Source: a virus
Direction: 5' to 3' (one strand)
DNA: 64,000 nt
IMG/VR virus record: IMGVR_UViG_3300025141_000022
Location: 120,914 to 184,913 of that record
Under the pieces are notes generated by a model. It did no database searches. It was not told the DNA's origin and worked only from the letters and a program-made list of their open reading frames with translations. The position numbers and the translations under genes are program-made. Numbering within the stretch: position 1 is the stretch's first letter; each line of letters starts with the position of its first letter. This document shows, piece after piece, positions 54,328 through 61,587 of this stretch.

Positions 54328-55172
54328 ACGACAAATGGAAGAAGTATTTATCCGAGGACGCTGGGGACATGCCACAGATATATTGTGATATGGATGGCGT
54401 ACTGGTAGACTTTGAACAGGGGATCGTTCAGCAGATTAACAGCGACCTAAAGATGCTTGAGGCACGCGGCAGCGATAAAAAGTTGGAAGCCTTGCGAGCC
54501 GCACTAAGTGAACTTGGAAGAGATTACGTTACTATAGATGACTTGCGTGGAAAGTCCATGGCAGTCAAGTCATTGAGAAATTATATGTATGCTCGCGTTG
54601 GAGATGATGAAGAGTTTTGGGCTAACCTGCCTTGGACTGAAAACGGGAGGGAGTTGTGGAGTTACATATCACAATTCAAGCCTTATATATTGACATCACC
54701 GATGCAAAAAGGTTCCGAACGAGGGAAAGAAATGTGGATTAAGATTAACCTTGATCCGATATACAAGCCAGAGAGAATTCATATGCACCATCAAAAATAT
54801 AGATGGGCCAAGGAGGATGGACGACCGAATATCTTAATTGATGATTGGACAAAAAACACCGTCCCATGGGCCAACTCTGGCGGCATCGCGATACTCCACA
54901 GAGATAGTAATCTCGGTGCAACTCTAGAGTCTTTGCAACAAGCGATGGAGGGAGATCCATTGAACGAAAGAGATTATCAAAAAGAGTCCGAGAAGATTAA
55001 AAATTATAACAAAGACCGGCATGCCTACCTAGGAACAGGTGCGAATAAATATACTGATTCTGGTGGTGCAAAACCCTCGCTTCCGACTACAAGAAGTGAC
55101 GGAAACCAACTCGGACAGTTGCCGGGTCAAGCCCGCCGCGATCTTAAGCCTAAAGGCCCTAAGAGCAAATAA
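54324..55172 (+). CDS. HAD-family 5'(3')-deoxyribonucleotidase-like protein with WKKYLSE leader
   Basis: IYCDMDGVLVDF, ILTSP, K, ILIDDWTKN. Confidence 0.8.
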   Translation: MNDKWKKYLSEDAGDMPQIYCDMDGVLVDFEQGIVQQINSDLKMLEARGSDKKLEALRAALSELGRDYVTIDDLRGKSMAVKSLRNYMYARVGDDEEFWANLPWTENGRELWSYISQFKPYILTSPMQKGSERGKEMWIKINLDPIYKPERIHMHHQKYRWAKEDGRPNILIDDWTKNTVPWANSGGIAILHRDSNLGATLESLQQAMEGDPLNERDYQKESEKIKNYNKDRHAYLGTGANKYTDSGGAKPSLPTTRSDGNQLGQLPGQARRDLKPKGPKSK

Positions 55173-55301
55173 TTCAATTTATTTGAAAAAAGATCAAATT
55201 ATTTTTTTGCCAACTCAAAGGCTGTAACGGTAATAAATTAACCTTTGAGATGGCCCAAAAGCGCGTCACACTGCACAAAAAGCCGAATTACTGAAAAGCT
55301 C

Positions 55302-55309
55302 CCTAGTTA
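55302..55309 (+). promoter_or_regulatory. Putative late-promoter motif CCTAGTTA
   Basis: Before the protease-vWA lipoprotein cluster. Confidence 0.45.
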
Positions 55310-55333
55310 CTTTTAGAGGGGGGCAGGACGTAT

Positions 55334-56068
55334 ATGCTTAAAAATTTGCTTTTGATTGTAGCTTTCCTATTAGCCGGATGCACGCAAATCAGCGTACCAG
55401 CGACGGACGCTCAAACCATAGCGTGTGGACAACAAGACAGTCTCGACGGCTTCGACGCGGTTAACCTCTCACGGAACGCTGACTATACACGCGATGCGGC
55501 TGTAAAGATTACAGACTTAACACGCTCCGTAAGCGGTTCTGGGACTTACCTAAAATATGGCGACAACTATATTATTTTGACTGCTGCGCATGTTGTTCGT
55601 GATAGCAGTGTAATGGTCGCATACGGAGAAGGCAGCGATGCCGAATTTGCCAAAGTTATCTATACAGATCATGAAAATGATATTGCCGTTTTACTCACCC
55701 CAGAATTAGAATCAAGAAGTTCAATCAAGTACAGAGAAACTCCACATGACGAAGTAGAAAGTCTAGTGGGAGAGGAAGTTTATTATACCGGCTTTCCGGC
55801 TGGTCACGATGCTTTAACTGTTGATGGTAGAGTCATCGGTGCATCATCGAGCGGTGATATATTGATGCATTCATACGCTTGGATGGGAGCTTCTGGTTCA
55901 GGTGTGTATGACCGACGAGGCAGACTTGTCGGGGTCTTAGTGGCTGTAGATGCCAGAAGAACACCCTATGATCCCTATGGTATGCTGCCTCCACAAATAA
56001 TAGAAGACGTGGTGCATGTAGCACCAATATGGAGACTAGACGAGGAGAGACTACGAGAAGCCTTGTAA
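55334..56068 (+). CDS. Trypsin-like serine protease, putative lipoprotein
   Basis: LLAGC lipobox; ILTAAHVV (His), NDIAVL (Asp), GASGSGV (Ser). Confidence 0.85.
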   Translation: MLKNLLLIVAFLLAGCTQISVPATDAQTIACGQQDSLDGFDAVNLSRNADYTRDAAVKITDLTRSVSGSGTYLKYGDNYIILTAAHVVRDSSVMVAYGEGSDAEFAKVIYTDHENDIAVLLTPELESRSSIKYRETPHDEVESLVGEEVYYTGFPAGHDALTVDGRVIGASSSGDILMHSYAWMGASGSGVYDRRGRLVGVLVAVDARRTPYDPYGMLPPQIIEDVVHVAPIWRLDEERLREAL

Positions 56069-56075
56069 GGAGTAT

Positions 56076-57086
56076 GTGTTTATGAAGAGGTTGTTTGCCT
56101 TAATAATGATGGCTATCATGGCGGTGGGTTGCTCCCCCGACTATGGAATTATAACCGGAGGATCTTCAGAAACAGTATACGTCGAAGTCGAAGTCCCGGT
56201 CTATGTAGAAACAGAGGTGCCTTCCGATCCCGGTGAGATATGGATCGACTCCTTTGTTCAGCCTATGAGTGTTGATGGCGTTGATATTTTATGGGTTATT
56301 GATACTTCTGGCTCCATGAATATATATGATGATGAGTTGCTGGCCGGGATTGAAGCTATGATAAATGCGCTACCTGCTTCTGGTTGGCGCTTGGCGATGA
56401 CATCTAACGATCCCACTGCTGCCTCTATTGAATCACAATTCCCGCTTGTTCCAGGCGATGATGCCGAAGATGCTAAAGATATGTATGAGGCTATGGGCAG
56501 AGGTCACAGAGAAGAAGGTCTGGATGCCGCATATGAGTACATTGTTAACAACTCTTATGCACAAACGTGGCTCCGTTCCGATGCCGCTTTGTTAATAGTC
56601 CAAGTCTCTGACGAAGAGGACCAAAGCGATGATCACTTTGCGAACGTCGATGATTTCAAAAGCTGGTACGGTATGCAGAGGAACGGATCTGCATTTATGT
56701 CTAGCATCGTGACACAGGATCCATCAGTTTCGGTGTGCGAGAGAACGCCAAGTGCTATGAATGTTGGCGACAGATACATGGATGCGACAAACTATTTCAG
56801 TGGCATCATTGTGGACATTTGTGCCGAAGATTGGTCGCCCGGTGTGGCCGATGCATCGAACCAATTGGAGCCACACGAAGAATGGGAACTTACATATGAA
56901 CCTATCGAAGATTCGATCAGGGTGTTTATCAACCAACAATTAAATTGGGATTGGCATTATGACACTTCATCTCAAAAGGTTTATTTTGATGTAATCCCAC
57001 CGGCTAATGCTTGGGTTGAGATAGGTTATAGATATTTCCCCGAACAGGGAGATACTGGAGATACAGGTTGGGATACAGGAAACTAA
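56076..57086 (+). CDS. vWA-domain lipoprotein
   Basis: MAVGC lipobox; DILWVIDTSGSM MIDAS; VSDEEDQS; DTG-repeat tail (GDTGDTGWDTGN). Confidence 0.75.
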   Translation: MFMKRLFALIMMAIMAVGCSPDYGIITGGSSETVYVEVEVPVYVETEVPSDPGEIWIDSFVQPMSVDGVDILWVIDTSGSMNIYDDELLAGIEAMINALPASGWRLAMTSNDPTAASIESQFPLVPGDDAEDAKDMYEAMGRGHREEGLDAAYEYIVNNSYAQTWLRSDAALLIVQVSDEEDQSDDHFANVDDFKSWYGMQRNGSAFMSSIVTQDPSVSVCERTPSAMNVGDRYMDATNYFSGIIVDICAEDWSPGVADASNQLEPHEEWELTYEPIEDSIRVFINQQLNWDWHYDTSSQKVYFDVIPPANAWVEIGYRYFPEQGDTGDTGWDTGN

Positions 57087-57496
57087 AGCTATACTTGAGT
57101 TTCATGCTTGCGCTCACATCGTGCGCAGTCTCGCCACAAGACACAGCACATTACGAGCCAGAAGAAGACGATATGTTTGTGAATAACTGGCTATCACTAG
57201 AAACTAACAACATAGCTTTGAACCAAGTTGTCGCCAAAGGCAGTTGTTATAAGTTTTATGAATTCACTAGCGAATACTATGGCGACTATCGCAAACTATA
57301 TGGTAGAGATAGTCTTGAAGAAGGTAGTTATTTTGTGGCAGATTGGGAGAGGACGGGAACAGATTCTGTGCTGATTTCTGATAAGTATGAGCTTATTTAT
57401 GAAGAAGGCAAAGGCGACTGTTATATGGTATATGCGTATTCATCCATAATGAGTGCTGAAGGCCAAGCGTGTCCTTGCGATGAGGAGGGACAATGA
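57068..57496 (+). CDS. Putative lipoprotein
   Basis: LALTSC lipobox; TTG start overlapping the vWA gene end. Confidence 0.5.
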   Translation: MGYRKLKLYLSFMLALTSCAVSPQDTAHYEPEEDDMFVNNWLSLETNNIALNQVVAKGSCYKFYEFTSEYYGDYRKLYGRDSLEEGSYFVADWERTGTDSVLISDKYELIYEEGKGDCYMVYAYSSIMSAEGQACPCDEEGQ

Positions 57497-57497
57497 G

Positions 57498-57626
57498 ATG
57501 ATTCAGAAATTTAGACGCTGGCTCTGGTGGCGAGGTATTGAGGTGAGGGACTTGGTTTATGTGTCTGCTGCCTTTATCTGTCTCGGCGCGTTGATTGCAT
57601 GCGGCATAGCATCATTATTGACGTAA
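57498..57626 (+). CDS. Small membrane protein (42 aa, not in the ORF track)
   Basis: MIQKFRRWLWWRGIEVRDLVYVSAAFICLGALIACGIASLLT*; SD GAGGAGG upstream. Confidence 0.45.
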   Translation: MIQKFRRWLWWRGIEVRDLVYVSAAFICLGALIACGIASLLT

Positions 57627-57639
57627 TACTATTTTGTTA

Positions 57640-57647
57640 ACTAATTA
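57640..57647 (+). promoter_or_regulatory. Putative late-promoter motif ACTAATTA
   Basis: Before cupin 57673, SD GAGG. Confidence 0.5.
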
Positions 57648-57672
57648 TCATTATTGAGGTAACATATAGGTA

Positions 57673-58092
57673 ATGTCTGATATTAAGAGCAAGAAGCACG
57701 TTAAGTCTTCGTGGGCTAGCCACTCCTCCAAGGTGGATAAATCTTGGGGTGTGGAGCATAGATGGGGATGTTTTGGTTCCATCGGTGCCAAGCTGTTGAT
57801 TATGGAGAAAGGCGGCAAGACTTCATTTAAGATGCACCCTCTAAAAAATGAGGTTTTCTATATTTTGTCTGGCAAGATATTGGCTACATATGGTAGCGAA
57901 ATATCTTTGCAAGATCCTGTCATTAGCCCTATGCAGCAACGCACTTTTACTACTGGCGAGATTTTGTGCGTGCAGAGTTGTTGCCCGTATCAGTTAGAGG
58001 CATTAGAAGATTCACAAATCATAGAGACTGGCGACGATAATCGCGATACAGTCGTCTATCTAGATGAGGAGAGTATTAAAATAAATGAGTAA
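57673..58092 (+). CDS. Cupin-fold protein, paralog of 50607
   Basis: VDKSWGVE...KLLIMEKGGKTSFKMHPLKNEVFYILSG...LEALEDSQIIE. Confidence 0.7.
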   Translation: MSDIKSKKHVKSSWASHSSKVDKSWGVEHRWGCFGSIGAKLLIMEKGGKTSFKMHPLKNEVFYILSGKILATYGSEISLQDPVISPMQQRTFTTGEILCVQSCCPYQLEALEDSQIIETGDDNRDTVVYLDEESIKINE

Positions 58093-58414
58093 AGACGAAA
58101 TCACGGCTGAAGATTTGAAGCCCAAGCCACCATCGAGATTAGCGCCGCAGGGCATCACGACCTTTACTGTCTGCCGCAGTGCAGATGAGTCGGGAGTGTC
58201 AGGAGAAGGCATAGTCATAGAAGGAGCCGTTTTGGGAACAGGACAGTGTATAGTTCATTGGCTGTACCCGCCGCCCAGAGGTGGTATTGCTATATTTGAT
58301 TCGATGGAAGACTTCCTAAAAGTTCACGTCCATCCTCACCCCGACAACAAGACTATTATAACTTTTCAAGATGGTTTAACATCTACTTATCCAGCAGAGC
58401 CAGCTAGTTCTTAG
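58085..58414 (+). CDS. Conserved phage hypothetical protein
   Basis: FTVCRSADESGVSGEGIVIEG...G...VHW...IAIFDS..DF...H.H. Confidence 0.55.
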   Translation: MSKDEITAEDLKPKPPSRLAPQGITTFTVCRSADESGVSGEGIVIEGAVLGTGQCIVHWLYPPPRGGIAIFDSMEDFLKVHVHPHPDNKTIITFQDGLTSTYPAEPASS

Positions 58415-58476
58415 CACGACTATGCTGGTATGATGCGACACCAGGACAAAGGTTTATTTATAGGGGGTGACATGCT

Positions 58477-58791
58477 TTGGCGAATCAAGACAACATCAAG
58501 GTTGGCGATTTAGTTAGGCTGGTCCCAGAGCCAATGGCATACCCCGTTGCTCCTCATTGTAGGCGCTTAAGTCTTAAAGACTTGAAAGCCTTAGAGGAAA
58601 TAGAAACTATATCACCGGGTGAAGAACTTGGCATTGGAATGATTGTCGAACGCATCGAAGAACAGACTATTTTGCGTGAAGATGGGGTAGAACAACTTGA
58701 GATGATCAGCATTGTTAAAGTGTTTTGGTCGAAGCCGGGTCTGGAAAGGTGGGAGTTTCCAGAGGATTTAATCGTGATTCAGCCTAGTTAG
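58477..58791 (+). CDS. KOW/SH3-like small protein
   Basis: IKVGDLVRL...GIGMIVER...VKVFWSK...WEFPEDLIVI. Confidence 0.6.
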   Translation: MANQDNIKVGDLVRLVPEPMAYPVAPHCRRLSLKDLKALEEIETISPGEELGIGMIVERIEEQTILREDGVEQLEMISIVKVFWSKPGLERWEFPEDLIVIQPS

Positions 58792-58905
58792 TGTGGCAGC
58801 GCGGGCCGCCGGAAGGTTTATTTTGAGGGGTTTTTTCGCGGAAAATTTTTCACACATCGGGGAGTTGGCAGGGGCTTAAGACATAGACAACGGGGGGAAC
58901 GATGG

Positions 58906-59163
58906 TTGTTGAGTATATGCAAAGGTGACTACATTAAGTGGGTGACAGGAATAACGACATTTGCTGCATCGTCACAAGGGGAAGTTTATCCTATAGAAAA
59001 GGAGTATGCATACGGGATAGTTATTGCTGTTGCAGAGGCAATAGATATTGGTTCCGATGTCATCATCGCGTACAATGTTAATAGTGGTGACGATGAGCGT
59101 TGGTTAGTTGCATCCGTTGATGACGAAGACTACTGCATACAACTAGTTAGTAAGGTGAGGTAA
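58906..59163 (+). CDS. KOW/SH3-like small protein
   Basis: ICKGDYIKW...YGIVIAV...QLVS. Confidence 0.55.
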   Translation: MLSICKGDYIKWVTGITTFAASSQGEVYPIEKEYAYGIVIAVAEAIDIGSDVIIAYNVNSGDDERWLVASVDDEDYCIQLVSKVR

Positions 59164-59171
59164 GAGGCACC

Positions 59172-59462
59172 ATGAAGAATATAGGCAAAACGATTTCAAT
59201 AAATAACATTCGCGCCGGGGATTATGTCCGATGGCTTAAACCTATGGGAAACGCGACCGACCGCGAGTATGTCTATGGCTTGGTCTTGGACTCTATTTTA
59301 TCCGGTGCGGAACACGGCGCGGAACCATCCCTAAAGATACTCGACAACAAGGATCCATCTGGCCGAGGGATATGGTTGCCGATTCGATTGTTGGTCGAAG
59401 CTGGCTCGTTACAAATTTCACGCGGTACAAGCTGGATTATGATTGACCTGTCCGATATTTGA
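59172..59462 (+). CDS. KOW/SH3-like small protein
   Basis: IRAGDYVRW...YGLVLDS. Confidence 0.55.
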   Translation: MKNIGKTISINNIRAGDYVRWLKPMGNATDREYVYGLVLDSILSGAEHGAEPSLKILDNKDPSGRGIWLPIRLLVEAGSLQISRGTSWIMIDLSDI

Positions 59463-59471
59463 AAAAAATGC

Positions 59472-59500
59472 TTGACAACACGACCTAAATCCGATATATT
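59472..59500 (+). promoter_or_regulatory. sigma70-type early promoter
   Basis: AAAAAAATGC-TTGACA-N17-TATATT; matches the promoter at 19461 in both flanks. Confidence 0.8.
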
Positions 59501-59519
59501 ATATGGGTGAGGAAAAAAA

Positions 59520-59867
59520 ATGGTCGAAGAAGCATACGAACCCATCGAGATTGAATACGCCTTTAACAGTTTTGTCAAAAGGGCGGAGGCGATGGTAAAA
59601 GATTACTATACTGATCACTATACGAGTTTGGAGTTGCCTGACTTGGTAGTAAGATCGGGTCGAAAATACTGGAAGATTATCAAGGGCACAGACGAGTCTG
59701 GATGGACTGTCTGGGGATTTGTACGGAAGGAAGACGGCGCTATGTTTAAGCCCGCATCATGGAACGCCCCATTTACTAAAGGCCCCAGTGCTATCAGAGG
59801 ATACGTCACTGGACACTCAAACGGAATGAACTCAGTTACACCTTATGGAGTTGTGTATGCGAAATGA
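59520..59867 (+). CDS. Conserved phage hypothetical protein
   Basis: GRKYWKII...VWGFV...GAMFKPASWNAP...RG. Confidence 0.6.
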   Translation: MVEEAYEPIEIEYAFNSFVKRAEAMVKDYYTDHYTSLELPDLVVRSGRKYWKIIKGTDESGWTVWGFVRKEDGAMFKPASWNAPFTKGPSAIRGYVTGHSNGMNSVTPYGVVYAK

Positions 59868-60060
59868 CAAACCAAAACTTAAACTAGCAGAAAATATGTT
59901 TGCCGGGTATCTGTTCCAGCAGCTTTATCCGCTGTTGATAGAGAATGACGAGAAGATCGAACGAGCTAAAAGTTTAGGACTTCACGACGAAGCCGTCGAG
60001 TTATCTTCTATTGGCGAGCAGCTTGAAACTTTGATTCCGCGAAGCACGGCACAAGCATGA
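59845..60060 (+). CDS. Hypothetical protein (71 aa)
   Basis: Coupled ORF. Confidence 0.45.
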   Translation: MELCMRNDKPKLKLAENMFAGYLFQQLYPLLIENDEKIERAKSLGLHDEAVELSSIGEQLETLIPRSTAQA

Positions 60061-60302
60061 GCCACAAGGGGCGATTTCCATACTATAAACAAGTCAACTA
60101 TCGCAGAACTTTGCGCGTAGGGGATCTAGTCGAAATCGGGGTGCTGGGTGGACTGGGCGTTGTGATCAAAGTGGAAAAGTCGGAGTCGGGATGGGATCCA
60201 GCAACGATTCAGTGGTTTAACACCGGAGATCGCAATACGGTTAGCTCTCATTTGGAAAGCCTGCGCGTAGTTTCAAGGTCTTTACATTTTCTTGACAAAT
60301 AA
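60057..60302 (+). CDS. KOW/SH3-like small protein
   Basis: LRVGDLVEI...LGVVIKV...IQWF...LRVVS. Confidence 0.6.
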   Translation: MSHKGRFPYYKQVNYRRTLRVGDLVEIGVLGGLGVVIKVEKSESGWDPATIQWFNTGDRNTVSSHLESLRVVSRSLHFLDK

Positions 60303-60335
60303 TGCTTGACAGTCGATGCCTATGTGTGCTATATT
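60281..60335 (+). promoter_or_regulatory. Triple -35 promoter cassette (divergent copy)
   Basis: TTTACA(60281)-TTGACA(60292)-TTGACA(60306)-N18-TATATT. Confidence 0.65.
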
Positions 60336-60341
60336 ATGATC

Positions 60342-60599
60342 ATGATTGACGACAATGCCTTTTCTAACATGAAATCTAACCGGGTGGGTGGTCCATTCTG
60401 TGTAGGGGATCTTGTAGTGATCGCTGATGGCGTACACGATGAAGCTATGCCAGAAAGTCGCATGGGCGTTATTGTTGAGAGGCTTGGCGACAGCGGATCC
60501 GACTGGACTATATTGATGACCAACGGCAATCGAATGAAGTTTAACAGTTATTTCCTACATAAAGTCGTTAGCGACAAGTCCACGGGGGATGATAAATGA
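60342..60599 (+). CDS. KOW/SH3-like small protein (start ATG 60342 or 60369)
   Basis: FCVGDLVVI...MGVIVERL...LHKVVS. Confidence 0.6.
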   Translation: MIDDNAFSNMKSNRVGGPFCVGDLVVIADGVHDEAMPESRMGVIVERLGDSGSDWTILMTNGNRMKFNSYFLHKVVSDKSTGDDK

Positions 60600-60624
60600 A
60601 CAAGCGATTATAGAGAATACTTAC

Positions 60625-60800
60625 ACGCTCTCTTTTAACTAACTATAAGAGGATTACTGTGGGTTCTATGTCTTTAACGAACTCACCATGTTGACATTGG
60701 AGCACTGGAGTTTTGTGTCACATAAACCCTACGGGGAGTTAACGAAAGGATAGCGAGGCAGTCGCGGCGAAGACAGCGAGCATTAAAGAGAGCGTTTTTA
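60625..60800 (+). ncRNA. Candidate structured non-coding RNA (~170 nt multi-branch)
   Basis: Closing stem ACGCTCTCTTT (60625-35) / AAAGAGAGCGT (60785-95) followed by T5; internal hairpins GTGGGTTC/GAACTCAC, CCC-TACG-GGG and C-GAAA-G. Confidence 0.5.
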
Positions 60801-60837
60801 ATACTAATAACCATCACTCAACGAGGAGGGAACCAAG

Positions 60838-61134
60838 TTGGGAAAAAATACAAACAGACAGGTAATCGCGGCATGGCTAAAGGGAAGCTGCGCCACGAAC
60901 CATGGGAAATCACTCTGGACTAACGGCATCGAGCTATGGTCCTACCATCTTAAGATCGGGCACCGCACTGAGAAGACGGCACTAGTAGCTGACTACACTG
61001 CGGGTAGTGATTCGTTTCAGTCTCAGACTACATCGTGCCATGTCAACTTGGCAAAGCGAGAGGTGCCAACAATGTGCATTTTTCATCCTAGGGTTTGGGA
61101 AACGACCAACTTTGCTGATAAGATTCCATTTTAG
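60838..61134 (+). CDS. Conserved phage hypothetical protein (TTG start)
   Basis: SD GAGGAGG; NRQVIAAW...LWTNG..LWSYHLKIG...DYTA...SQTTSCHV. Confidence 0.6.
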   Translation: MGKNTNRQVIAAWLKGSCATNHGKSLWTNGIELWSYHLKIGHRTEKTALVADYTAGSDSFQSQTTSCHVNLAKREVPTMCIFHPRVWETTNFADKIPF

Positions 61135-61143
61135 GAGTGCAAA

Positions 61144-61428
61144 ATGAAGTTCACGATTGTTGTTGATACCGAAGACGAGGAAGGCATCTTGGACACTTAT
61201 AAGATTGTCAATCACTTCTTTATGAAGTTGCCAGCCAGTCTAACGGGTGTGCAGAAGGGTCGTCACGTCAAGTATACCAAGATTCCGCTCGTTAAGATGC
61301 TACGGAAACACGCGAAGGAAGTGATTGAAGCGGCAGAGCACGGAGAAGACGGTCAGGGTCTAAGGTTCAACAAAGTCTTTGCGGATCAACTGTTCGCTGA
61401 ACAACCAGAAAACAAAACCATTAAATAA
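61144..61428 (+). CDS. Hypothetical protein (94 aa)
   Basis: SD AGGAG; KIPLVKMLR resembles ribosomal L7/L12-like KIxxIK segments (weak). Confidence 0.5.
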   Translation: MKFTIVVDTEDEEGILDTYKIVNHFFMKLPASLTGVQKGRHVKYTKIPLVKMLRKHAKEVIEAAEHGEDGQGLRFNKVFADQLFAEQPENKTIK

Positions 61429-61440
61429 AGAGAGGGAAAA

Positions 61441-61584
61441 ATGGCTATTGGGATTCAAGTAAAACACACATCAGGACATGAGGGTGTCATTGTTGCTATG
61501 ACTGATCAACTGGCTCATGTCTTTATCATGGCTGTCGGTGGTATTGTAGAAGATACTATTGATAACTTTACGCCGATTGACTAA
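61441..61584 (+). CDS. KOW/SH3-like micro-protein (47 aa, not in the ORF track)
   Basis: MAIGIQVKHTSGHEGVIVAMTDQLAHVFIMAVGGIVEDTIDNFTPID*; SD GAGGG. Confidence 0.5.
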   Translation: MAIGIQVKHTSGHEGVIVAMTDQLAHVFIMAVGGIVEDTIDNFTPID

Positions 61585-61587
61585 GGT

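Noticed and set aside
48514-60341. TTG starts at 48514 and 60306 given in the ORF track
   Set aside because: Both TTG codons are the -35 hexamer of promoters; downstream ATGs (48568 with an SD, 60342) are more plausible.
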